From the NCBI GenBank assembly GCA_016763735.1, contig JAESTE010000117.1:1-46363 (forward strand): DNA of 46,363 nucleotides, in the 5' to 3' direction. A program made the translations under genes and the position numbers. The notes beneath the pieces were generated by a model. The model ran no database searches, had not been told where the DNA came from, and was given only the letters and a program-made list of their open reading frames with translations. The stretch comes from Nitrospinaceae bacterium. GTDB lineage: Bacteria; Nitrospinota; Nitrospinia; Nitrospinales; VA-1. Shown piece after piece: positions 35,430-43,915 of the stretch (position 1 is the first letter of the stretch; every line of letters begins with the position of its first letter).

Positions 35430-37961
35430 ATGTTCGGTTCAATTGTTTCCTCTCTCGTGGTCGTCATGTCGGCGACCTCGTTGGTCCTGGTGTCGTTTGT
35501 CATGCACGGAGACCTGACCATGACTGACCCGTCGGACCACATCCGCAACCCCGCCAGCACGTTCCGCGTAACGGTTGAGAATGACGCCGGAAAGGTGGAG
35601 ATGCGGAAGGGGGGCGACGTGCTGCTCCGGCTGGACGACACGAATGGGCTGCAGCTCCTTCCCTTGCAAAACGTAAGCGCCAAGACGGGGCTGGTGCGAT
35701 TCTATGAACTGGCACGTAACGGTGTCCAATACGTGGAGCTGCGTTCTCCTGACGCCTTGGCCGGCAACGTCAGCTTCATTCTGCCGATCGCAGATGGCCT
35801 CAGCGGGTACATCCTGGAGACAGACGGAAATGGCCAGATGTCATGGAACAACCCCCTGACCGTGGACTCCACGCGTATTGCAGATGGGGCGGGCACCACG
35901 TTCATCGACACAGACATCGGCGCCGGGAACATTACTATTGTGGCTGTGTCCGGGCTGACTGCGACAATCACTGGTCCGGCGTCTTACACCAGTACCGGCG
36001 AGACACACATCACCGGCGCCAACGGGGTCATTATCCAAGATCTAACCTACCCCGCGGTGGACGGGACCAGTGGCCAAGTCCTCAGCACAAACGGCGCGGC
36101 CGCGTTGAGCTGGATCAACACCGATGCCGATTCCACCAAGATCACCGACAGCGGGGGCACCACCTTCATCGACACAGATGCAACCTCTGGATTCATCTCT
36201 ATGGTGGCGGCGTCAGGGCTGGCCTCCAGCATCACAGGAACGTCCACCTTCAACAGCAGTGGAGCGATGTCGATAACGAGCGTGGCAAGCATCACACTCT
36301 CAAGTGCTGGGAATGTTATCTTCCAAGGCCAGACCTTCCCAGCAGCGGACGGGACCGTCAACCAAGTCCTCACCACAGATGGAGCGGGAACACTCAGCTG
36401 GGCTGCGGATGGACTGGGTGACGCCACCAGGATCACCGACGGTTCTACCACCTTCATCGACACAGACGCCACCGGGGGCACCATAACGATGTTTGCGGCC
36501 AGTGGATTGGTGTCCAGTATCACGGGCCCCGCCACCCTCAACAGCAGTGGTACCCTGACGTTAAACAGTGTGGCCGGGATCGCGATGACAAGTGCGGGCA
36601 CGATCTCGATTCACGGCATCCAGTACTCGGCGGTTGATGGCAGCTCTGGGCAGGTCATGTACACCAACGGGGCGGCGCAGTTGGCCTTCAAGACCCTGGA
36701 CATCATCACGAACGTGGACGGAACGGCGTCGATTCAAACCGCGGCGGTGGGCAACATCGCGATGAACGCCGGCAGTATAACGATTGCCGCCAACTCCACT
36801 ATCGACCTCAACGCCACGGGCGCCCTGACGTTTTCGAGTGCATCTGTGGCGTTCACAACCACCGGTGGCGGGCTGATAAGTCTCCATGGTCTCTCCCATC
36901 CTCCAGCCGACGGTACCACCGGACAGGTCATGTTTACGGATGGATCGAACACGCTGGGCTTCAAAACCCTGGACATCATCCAGAACGTGGCCGAGACGTC
37001 CTATGTGAAGGCGACCGCCGGCGGGGTGGTCGAGAGCGTTGCCACCTCCACCATGACGTTCGCTGCGACAAATGGCCTGACCATGACTGCCGCGGGGCTC
37101 ACACTCAGCACCACCGGTTCTGGAACGTGCACGATTAATGCCACGGGTCCGTTGCGGATGGACGGCGTGCTCGGAGTGGAATTGTCCAGCGTGGCGGCGA
37201 TAAAGATCCATGGTTTGACCTACCCCGCGGCGGACGGGAGCAACAACCAAGTCCTCGAAACTAACGGAGCGGGGGTGCTCAGTTGGGTTACGCTCAGCGC
37301 CGGTGACGCCACCAGAATAACGGATGGTTCTACCACGTACATTGACACGGACGATACCGGAGGCACCATAACGATGTTTGCGGCCTCTGGACTGGTGTCC
37401 AGCATCACCGGGCCGGCCACCCTCAACAGCAGCGGCACGCTGACGTTGAACAGTGTGGCCGGAATTGCAATGACGAGTGCGGGTGCGATATCGATCCACG
37501 GTTTGACCTACCCCGCCGCAGACGGGACCGCCGACCAAGTCCTCAAAACCGACGGAGCGGGGACGCTCGGTTGGGTGGCCAACGGGGGAATCACCAAGTC
37601 TACATTCACCACAAATCTCACAGGGGCCTCCACGACAATTGAGATAACGTGCTACCTGATGCAGGTCGGCGGAATGGTTACGATGGATTGTTCAAAGATC
37701 CTATTCACCGTGACATCTTCAAACCAGGCGGCTATCGTATCGGACAGTGCCATGGACTCCGCGTTTCGCCCTACAGCCACTACGGGTCCTCAGATCCCCT
37801 GGGTAACTATATCCTCTGGTACGGACGAGGCCGGATTCATTGAAGTGTTGACCACCGGTGTTCTGAAGTTCCATCGAAAAGACAACGCCGTATGGAATAT
37901 GGATGCCGCCAATTGTGGCTGGTACAGAGGATGCGCATCCTGGATCACTAGTTCATTTTAG
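35430..37961 (+). CDS. Fibre/spike family member A2 (843 aa, 7 repeat modules)
   Basis: The N-terminal TM anchor is SLVVVMSATSLVLVSFVM. There are seven [LQ]-[TS]-[YFH]-P-x-x-DG-x-x-x-Q-V-[LM]-x-T-[DN]-G-x-x-x-L-[SGA]-[WF] motifs, separated by ~70-110-aa Thr/Gly/Ser-rich modules. The conserved C-terminal domain is VTMDC...FRP...GFIEV...LKFHR...GCASW. Confidence 0.85.
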   Translation: MFGSIVSSLVVVMSATSLVLVSFVMHGDLTMTDPSDHIRNPASTFRVTVENDAGKVEMRKGGDVLLRLDDTNGLQLLPLQNVSAKTGLVRFYELARNGVQYVELRSPDALAGNVSFILPIADGLSGYILETDGNGQMSWNNPLTVDSTRIADGAGTTFIDTDIGAGNITIVAVSGLTATITGPASYTSTGETHITGANGVIIQDLTYPAVDGTSGQVLSTNGAAALSWINTDADSTKITDSGGTTFIDTDATSGFISMVAASGLASSITGTSTFNSSGAMSITSVASITLSSAGNVIFQGQTFPAADGTVNQVLTTDGAGTLSWAADGLGDATRITDGSTTFIDTDATGGTITMFAASGLVSSITGPATLNSSGTLTLNSVAGIAMTSAGTISIHGIQYSAVDGSSGQVMYTNGAAQLAFKTLDIITNVDGTASIQTAAVGNIAMNAGSITIAANSTIDLNATGALTFSSASVAFTTTGGGLISLHGLSHPPADGTTGQVMFTDGSNTLGFKTLDIIQNVAETSYVKATAGGVVESVATSTMTFAATNGLTMTAAGLTLSTTGSGTCTINATGPLRMDGVLGVELSSVAAIKIHGLTYPAADGSNNQVLETNGAGVLSWVTLSAGDATRITDGSTTYIDTDDTGGTITMFAASGLVSSITGPATLNSSGTLTLNSVAGIAMTSAGAISIHGLTYPAADGTADQVLKTDGAGTLGWVANGGITKSTFTTNLTGASTTIEITCYLMQVGGMVTMDCSKILFTVTSSNQAAIVSDSAMDSAFRPTATTGPQIPWVTISSGTDEAGFIEVLTTGVLKFHRKDNAVWNMDAANCGWYRGCASWITSSF
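36417..36617 (+). repeat. Internal duplication copy 1 within A2 (201 bp)
   Basis: It encodes GDATRITDGSTTFIDTDATGGTITMFAASGLVSSITGPATLNSSGTLTLNSVAGIAMTSAGTISIHG. The partner copy is at 37302-37502. Confidence 0.9.
37302..37502 (+). repeat. Internal duplication copy 2 within A2 (201 bp)
   Basis: By my manual alignment there are ~33 nt differences from copy 1 but only 3 of 67 codons are non-synonymous (F/Y, A/D, T/A). Confidence 0.9.
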
Positions 37962-38089
37962 TACCGTACGGAAAAGAATATACATGCCTCGTGCAACAAC
38001 CTACACATGCACACAATGGCTCGATCACTCCTGTCGTCCAGGACGCCACACCTTGGCATAAACCACTATTAATTGTCCCGGCGGTACCC

Positions 38090-39454
38090 TCAGATGGTCC
38101 ACGACGCAGACCCACGGTACAGCGTACAGTTGGTCGCCCCTCCGGCCCACCCAGACGTGTCGTCTCTCCAGAACTTCAGGGTGCCTCCGGGGTGGACTTC
38201 CACAAACCCACGGCCCTGTTCGCCTGTGTACGCGTGCATCCACGAGAGGTGGGGCACAGATCTGGCGTCGGGACGGAACCCCTCAGGCAACTTGTCCATC
38301 GTATCCAGAGACGGCTGCGGCAGCGGGTCCACGTCGAACGTGACTTGCTGGCAATCCATGAACACCGTGCTGCGGATCTTGAGCAGCTCACACATGAGAA
38401 CCGCAGGGGACATACCCACCGTCCCCGAGATGGTGGTCACGAAGAGTGCTTCGGTGAAGGTCTTGGACCAGCTCAGTTTGTGTTTCCCGTTGGTTGTCAA
38501 CACCTCGTTCTTGGTGCCGTCTCTGGACGGGTATTCCAGTCCTTGAATCTTGACGTGGCCGAACGGAGCCTCGATCGTCACGTGAGACGCCGACCCCAGG
38601 ATGTGGACATCTGCGCCGTCCAGCCGTAGGGTAGATCGCGGTGCACTGGCCCACACCATGCCTTCGCTGCTGGTGAGGGTCAAGGACATGTTGGACTTGA
38701 TGAACACCGTGCTCATGGCGGAGATTGTTGAGATGGATTGCTGTGCGCGGACCACAATGTTGCGGGCGGCCGTGGCCTCGATGTCTCCCGTGGCGAGAGT
38801 GGACACACGGGTGTCGTCGGTGCCGTCGCTGAGCGAGGTGCAATCGCACGTGGGCGCAGGACCAGGGGCCGGAGCGTTGGTGGGCAACCCCGTTTGGGTG
38901 GGGACGGTGGTGGGGACAGTGGTCGCGGGGGCAGTGGTGGGTGCTTCCGTGGCCACCGGCGTGAACAACAACAGCGGGTCTGCCCAGTACGTGTTGCCTG
39001 TCCCGTCGTTGACCAGGACGTAGCCGGGGTGTGCCGCGTTGGAGGGCAGGGTGAGCACCACATCGTCGACGTGAGTGGTCGGGGCGCGAAGGGTGAGGAA
39101 CGCACTGCCGTTCTCCGCCTGGGCAGACTGGAACTGCAACTGCCCGGTGCGGGGACCGAGAGCCAGGATCTGGACCCCAGAGGGACCGCCAAACTGCACC
39201 ACGTCATGGGCGTTGGCACGAATCGTGATTTGGGGGGCGGTGTGAGGCGGTCCAGCGGCGTACAATCCAGTGTGAGGGGGATCGGTGACGTCGCAACCAA
39301 TACTCAGCAGGGTTTCCCATATAAGCGTAGAGTTCTTTGGGAACATGGCAGGCGTGCCAATCTGTCCGATGGACGGGGGGACCCGAGACACGACCACGAA
39401 TCCAGCGCCGGTGAGGACACCGATGAAAAGCATAAGCGGGATGAGAGCAACCAT
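38090..39454 (-). CDS. Fibre/spike family member B1 (454 aa)
   Basis: The N-terminal TM anchor is MVALIPLMLFIGVLTGAGFVVV. One degenerate and one canonical motif are present (GLEYPSRDGTKNEVLTTNGKHKLSW). There is a P/T-rich linker followed by C-x-C (PAPTCDCT). The family C-terminal domain is VFMDC...FRP...GFVEV...LKFWR...GSASW. Confidence 0.8.
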   Translation of the reverse strand: MVALIPLMLFIGVLTGAGFVVVSRVPPSIGQIGTPAMFPKNSTLIWETLLSIGCDVTDPPHTGLYAAGPPHTAPQITIRANAHDVVQFGGPSGVQILALGPRTGQLQFQSAQAENGSAFLTLRAPTTHVDDVVLTLPSNAAHPGYVLVNDGTGNTYWADPLLLFTPVATEAPTTAPATTVPTTVPTQTGLPTNAPAPGPAPTCDCTSLSDGTDDTRVSTLATGDIEATAARNIVVRAQQSISTISAMSTVFIKSNMSLTLTSSEGMVWASAPRSTLRLDGADVHILGSASHVTIEAPFGHVKIQGLEYPSRDGTKNEVLTTNGKHKLSWSKTFTEALFVTTISGTVGMSPAVLMCELLKIRSTVFMDCQQVTFDVDPLPQPSLDTMDKLPEGFRPDARSVPHLSWMHAYTGEQGRGFVEVHPGGTLKFWRDDTSGWAGGATNCTLYRGSASWTI

Positions 39455-39574
39455 GATGACAGGTTGGAAGTTGAGTTACTGGAACGAGTGTGTTTGATTC
39501 TTGACGGTGATGTACGATTAGGCGGACTTGGTGGTCAGGCGAATGGATTTGTGTGGTGTTGGCACACCAGACAG

Positions 39575-39632
39575 AGTCGACATGCAGTAAAATGTCGACA
39601 TTTGACCGAGTCGACACATGGAAAAGTGTCGA
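39575..39632. promoter_or_regulatory. GTCGAC-box cluster 7 (4 copies)
   Basis: Exact GTCGAC at 39575, 39593, 39609 and 39627. The cluster lies between divergent starts at 39454 (-) and 39780 (+). AATGGATTTGT at 39541-39551 flanks it. Confidence 0.7.
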
Positions 39633-39779
39633 CTTTGCGTTATGACAGTCATACGCACACGGTCGCGTGCTGTGTGTCCTCCTCTACAATGACATTGCGC
39701 TTCGTCATAAGAGTTGTAAACATGAGTAAATTCGCCTATCCGCCCTGTCGTGTACTGCTACCGACAGACAACCTCCAAG

Positions 39780-41099
39780 ATGACGTTTGTCATCGCAGCC
39801 AGCGGCCTAGTGGCCGTGTGCTCCTTCACCTCGCTCATACTGGTCGCGTTCGTTATGAACGGAGACCTGGCCATCACCGACCCACCAGACCACATCCGCA
39901 ACCCTGCCAGCACGTACCGTGTGACAGTCGAGGACGACGGCGGAAAGGTCGAGATCAAGAAAGGATCCGATGTCTTGTTTCGACTGGACACCGCAGAAGG
40001 CATGCAGCTTCTGCCTCTTCAGAACCTCACCAAGAAGACAGGACAATTGTCGTTCCACGAACTGGCCCGCAACGGTGCCCACTACGTGTCCCTGCGTTCG
40101 CCAGATGCTCTGGCCGCCAACGTCAGCTACATCCTCCCCATAGCCGACGGCATTGCCAACGCTGTTCTCAAGACCGACGCGGCCGGGCAGATGGCCTGGA
40201 CCGCCACGGCGTTCGATTCCACCAGGATCCAAGACACGGCCGGTACCACGTTCATTGACACCGACGTCGCCTCGGGGAACATCACGGTGACGGCCCTGTC
40301 GGGTTTCACGCAGACGATCACCGGGTCGGCGTCCTTCACCAGTACCCACGAGACCCATATCACTGGCGATACCGGACTTGTTCTACAAGACCTTACGTTC
40401 CCGTCGGCCGACGGCACGTCTGGCCAAGCCATCACCACAGACGGAGCCGGGCTTCTGAGCTTCAGCACCGTATCCTCCAACAGCAAGATCATCGACTCGG
40501 CTGCCGCAGGCACCACTGCAAGTGGTGCATACTTCGACACCACCACTGCGAGTGCCGTTGCCGCCGCCAGCACAGGCACGATCACCATGACTTCCACGGG
40601 TACCTTCAACGTTGTAGCCAGCGCCGTTGTCCTGGATGGTCTCACCTACCCCACTTCTGACGGAACCAGTGGACAATCAATCACCACTGACGGGGCGGGG
40701 ACGCTGTCCTTTACCACTGTGGGTGGCGGTAGTGATGTGACGGCGGTGTACACAAGTATTCTCACCGGGGCAACCACCGGGAACATCACCTGTAACTTTG
40801 GCAAAAGCAACACATTCGTCACGATGGACTGCTCAGAGACCTTCCTCACCATGACCGGCCCCGGAGGCCCCACGTCCCTCGTCGCTGCAGTCGCGATCCC
40901 AGCGGCATACGTCCCGACAGGCAGCGACTTCACTGGGCCCTGGATGATGCAAGTTACCAGTACCATTGAGGTGGGATACATTACTGTGTCATCGTCAGGC
41001 ACCCTCACGTTCTGGCGTGCCGCTGCCGCTACGTGGACTGGCGATGCACTGACCTCGGGACCACACCACGGTTCGGCGACATGGCAGTTCGGTGCATAA
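39780..41099 (+). CDS. Fibre/spike family member A3 (439 aa, 3 repeat modules)
   Basis: The track start at 39750 is GTG; the first ATG is at 39780 (MTFVIAASGLVAVCSFTSLILVAFVM). The N-terminal 140 aa are closely similar to A1 and A2. The motifs are DLTFPSADGTSGQAITTDGAGLLSF and GLTYPTSDGTSGQSITTDGAGTLSF. The C-terminal domain is VTMDC...GSATW. Confidence 0.8.
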   Translation: MTFVIAASGLVAVCSFTSLILVAFVMNGDLAITDPPDHIRNPASTYRVTVEDDGGKVEIKKGSDVLFRLDTAEGMQLLPLQNLTKKTGQLSFHELARNGAHYVSLRSPDALAANVSYILPIADGIANAVLKTDAAGQMAWTATAFDSTRIQDTAGTTFIDTDVASGNITVTALSGFTQTITGSASFTSTHETHITGDTGLVLQDLTFPSADGTSGQAITTDGAGLLSFSTVSSNSKIIDSAAAGTTASGAYFDTTTASAVAAASTGTITMTSTGTFNVVASAVVLDGLTYPTSDGTSGQSITTDGAGTLSFTTVGGGSDVTAVYTSILTGATTGNITCNFGKSNTFVTMDCSETFLTMTGPGGPTSLVAAVAIPAAYVPTGSDFTGPWMMQVTSTIEVGYITVSSSGTLTFWRAAAATWTGDALTSGPHHGSATWQFGA

Positions 41100-41162
41100 C
41101 AGCTGACGCGTGGTTTCACACTCCGTGTATTCCAGTACATAAACGTTGCGTTCTATCACGTG

Positions 41163-41618
41163 TTAGTCAATGGTCACACCAATGATCTCCACCTCCAGTG
41201 GCAACGCATTGAATATGGCCTTGGCGTGGGCGTCTGCCGCTTCCCACGTGGTATGGATCTTGGACGTGATGTGGAAATCACGCATGAACACTTTGTCGTT
41301 GGAGAACAGCGAGGACATGTATGTCTCACGGGTCTTCTGGAGGGCCTTGGCGTCCTTGTCGCACACTATCATCCAAACGTCGTGGCGTTCGGGTTCGCCC
41401 TTGGGAGTAAACGTGTTCACCTTCACGCGGTCGATGGTGATGGTCTTTGTGGCCCACTCAGCCAACACGTTTGATGCTATCGTTACTAGTTCTGGCACCT
41501 TCACTTCGCCGCCCGAGTAGCACAGGGTCACATGAGACGGTCCGCCCTTGCTGGGTTTGAACGGAGAGTTCTCGGTCTCGGCACCCTTGCACCACACTGG
41601 CATGAAAATACCCGACAT
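41163..41618 (-). CDS. Candidate 2H phosphoesterase (LigT/AKAP7/ns2-like), 151 aa
   Basis: There are two H-x-[ST]-x motifs, SHVTL (aa 28-32) and FHITS (aa 115-119), 87 residues apart. E. coli LigT has ~82 between its two H-x-T motifs. The size is slightly small for the fold. Confidence 0.55.
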   Translation of the reverse strand: MSGIFMPVWCKGAETENSPFKPSKGGPSHVTLCYSGGEVKVPELVTIASNVLAEWATKTITIDRVKVNTFTPKGEPERHDVWMIVCDKDAKALQKTRETYMSSLFSNDKVFMRDFHITSKIHTTWEAADAHAKAIFNALPLEVEIIGVTID

Positions 41619-41738
41619 GGTGCACGAACTCTGGGCATCACCTCACTGACTTGGGCCAGGCCAAGTACATAAGTTTGGACTCGTCAGTACGAAACGACAA
41701 CACTTAACTTGGTCTGTGCACTTCGACAGGTGCGCACC

Positions 41739-42122
41739 ATGTTTAACCTTTGCGCTCGTGCCAAGCCTGTGAAACGAAAACCCGTAGTCATCTCGGAGAA
41801 GGCTGAACGTATCATGCGTGAAATCGAAGAACACTTCGCAATATGGAAGACAATCCTGCCAGCCTTCAACCTTGCCGAAGTGAATGGCGAGGACGCCCAT
41901 TCAGTGCCTGGTGTAGCAGCCCACCTGGCAAGGCAGCAAGCCTTCGTCGACAATTATCTCATTTCAAGAGATGCCTGCAAGAAGGCCAAAAGATGCACCG
42001 AATGCGCCAAATTCAGGTGCGGTGTCCACCTCGACCACTTTGGAAGTCTGGACACTGGTTGTCCCGGTGGGCTGTGTGTGAGCGCCAAGAAGAAGCAAGA
42101 CGCACGTCGAGCCATGTATTGA
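41739..42122 (+). CDS. Hypothetical small protein (127 aa) with C-terminal Cys cluster
   Basis: The track start at 41709 is TTG; the first ATG is at 41739 (MFNLCARAKP...). It contains CKKAKRCTECAKFRCGVHLDH...C. Confidence 0.45.
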   Translation: MFNLCARAKPVKRKPVVISEKAERIMREIEEHFAIWKTILPAFNLAEVNGEDAHSVPGVAAHLARQQAFVDNYLISRDACKKAKRCTECAKFRCGVHLDHFGSLDTGCPGGLCVSAKKKQDARRAMY

Positions 42123-42154
42123 AATACAATCCTCTGACACACACACTAACGCGT

Positions 42155-43375
42155 TCACAGTCCCTCGGGCCCGGTGATCCAGGTGGCCGTGCCGCGAGAC
42201 AGGCCACACCCGGTGACCCCGGCGGCCCATGGCGCCTCCCCGTCGCGCCAGAACTGCACACTGCCCTCAGGGCTGATCTCTATGAAGCCTAGGGCCGTCA
42301 CGCCTGCGTACTGCAACACCCATGTGCTGCGGATCGGGAACCCGGCAGTGGGACGGAACCCGTCAAAGATAGGGATGAACATGTTGAGCGACGACTGGTC
42401 TATCGGCCCCATGTCAAAGGTGTGGCGCACACAGTCCATGGTGACCTGGGAATGAACCCGGACCAAGGTGCACACCATGGCCAGCGCTGACATGTTGGTG
42501 GTGCCACTCAAGTCACTGGACATGGTAACCGTGGAGTACCAGCGCCGCCACTCCAGCTGGGAGTGCCCGTTAGTGGTGAGGTGTTCGCCCTGTTCTCCGT
42601 CCACAGAAGGGTACGCCAGTCCCTGGATCTTGACGAACCCACTGGTGGTGGCGTTGATGGTGACGTTGGCCGCGGTGGCCTTAATGTGCACATTGGTCCC
42701 GTCCACACTGGTGTTGCCCTCCACTCCATGTATCGTGACGGAGTGCCCAGCCATGAAAGTGATGTCCTGCTCGGCGGTACCTTGGAGCGACTGGAACACA
42801 TTGACGGCTGAGATCCCCGCCGTCAGTGCCCCGTCGCCAATGGCCGTGCACTCGCACTGGGCCGGCGCAGCTGTGGCCACAGGACCGTTGGTGGGCAGGG
42901 GCGTGGAGGTGGGAAGAGGGGTGCCAGGTACAGGAACCGACGGATCGGAGGGGCACCGGACACACTGGTCCTGTGGGTCGACCCAGTACGTGGTGCCCGT
43001 TCCGTCGTTGGCCAACAGAGAGCCTGGGATCACTGCCGGGTGGGCCGGCAACGAGAGGATGAGGTCGTGGTCCATTTCGCGAGGGGCGCGCAACACGTAC
43101 GACCCGGTGCCGTTTACCGAAGGAACCGACTGGAGTCGAATCTGTCCGGCGAAAGGACCTCGCGCCAGGAACTCTGCCCCGACGGAGTCAGCCAGACGAA
43201 GGACCTTGTGATGGTCCACATGGAAGGTTATCCCTGCCCCTGCGTCGTGTTCGACGTAGATCCCCGTGTTGAGCAACACGTTCCACAGCGATGTGGCGTT
43301 GGTGCCAGACAGGGCGGTGTAGCCCACCCCGGCGGTGATGCACGCGACAACGGCTAAAGGTACCATGGCGATCAT
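42155..43375 (-). CDS. Fibre/spike family member B2 (~406 aa)
   Basis: The track start at 43405 is TTG. ATGs are at 43375 (MIAMVPLAVVACITAG) and 43366. The architecture matches B1: TM anchor, P/T-rich linker with C-x-C (PAQCECT), GLAYPSVDGEQGEHLTTNGHSQLEW, and C-terminal VTMDC...FRP...GFIEI...VQFWR...GTATW. Confidence 0.8.
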   Translation of the reverse strand: MIAMVPLAVVACITAGVGYTALSGTNATSLWNVLLNTGIYVEHDAGAGITFHVDHHKVLRLADSVGAEFLARGPFAGQIRLQSVPSVNGTGSYVLRAPREMDHDLILSLPAHPAVIPGSLLANDGTGTTYWVDPQDQCVRCPSDPSVPVPGTPLPTSTPLPTNGPVATAAPAQCECTAIGDGALTAGISAVNVFQSLQGTAEQDITFMAGHSVTIHGVEGNTSVDGTNVHIKATAANVTINATTSGFVKIQGLAYPSVDGEQGEHLTTNGHSQLEWRRWYSTVTMSSDLSGTTNMSALAMVCTLVRVHSQVTMDCVRHTFDMGPIDQSSLNMFIPIFDGFRPTAGFPIRSTWVLQYAGVTALGFIEISPEGSVQFWRDGEAPWAAGVTGCGLSRGTATWITGPEGL

Positions 43376-43443
43376 GACGACTGGTAGATGTGAGGAGTGG
43401 TGCAATGGATTTGTGACTGCAGAGATCCATTGTCACTGCCCGA

Positions 43444-43515
43444 GTCGACATCTCCAAGTCGACACTCACATGTCAACTCCGGCAGAGTCAGCATGTGTCG
43501 ATTTTCAGAGTCGAC
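43444..43515. promoter_or_regulatory. GTCGAC-box cluster 8 (3 exact + 3 near copies)
   Basis: Exact GTCGAC at 43444, 43458 and 43510. Near copies are GTCAAC at 43472 and 43524 and GTCGAT at 43497. The cluster lies between divergent starts at 43375 (-) and 43544 (+). AATGGATTTGT sits at 43404-43414. Confidence 0.7.
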
Positions 43516-43543
43516 ATCGGCAAGTCAACTCGCTTGTCCAATC

Positions 43544-43867
43544 ATGTCTGACCCGGCCCTGTCTGACTCGGACGCGTCCCCCAGACCATCGAAGCGCCGT
43601 CGCGCCTCGTCCAAGGCCTCGAAGCCCCGTGCCCCGTCCAAGAACGTGAAGCGCAAGAAATCGGCAGCCTCCTCCTCCTCTTCCAAGCGCGCCTCGAAGA
43701 ACGAACAGATCAAGGCAGTGGCCCTCACGTGGAAGCAACTACACCCTGAGTTTGTCCTCCCCAAGCTGACGGGCGACCATGCCTCGTTCGTGCCGGACCT
43801 CCAGGCCTTTGTGTTGGACTTGGAGCGTCATCTCAAGTACTTCAAGACTATTCTGCGCAGCAAGTAG
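43544..43867 (+). CDS. Small basic Ser/Lys/Arg-rich protein (107 aa)
   Basis: The start was moved to ATG 43544 (MSDPALSDSDASPRPSKRRRASSKASKPRAPSKNVKRKK...), because the upstream track codons run through the GTCGAC cluster. Confidence 0.5.
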   Translation: MSDPALSDSDASPRPSKRRRASSKASKPRAPSKNVKRKKSAASSSSSKRASKNEQIKAVALTWKQLHPEFVLPKLTGDHASFVPDLQAFVLDLERHLKYFKTILRSK

Positions 43868-43915
43868 TACCCGCGACGAGGTGTATGTACATAAATTGCC
43901 ACTTGATACTCACAT

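Noticed and set aside
38738-40258. 506-aa plus-strand ORF
   Set aside because: It runs antisense through fibre gene B1, across the intergenic GTCGAC cluster and out of frame into A3. Its composition is R/G/H-rich. I treat it as an artefact of GC3-rich DNA.
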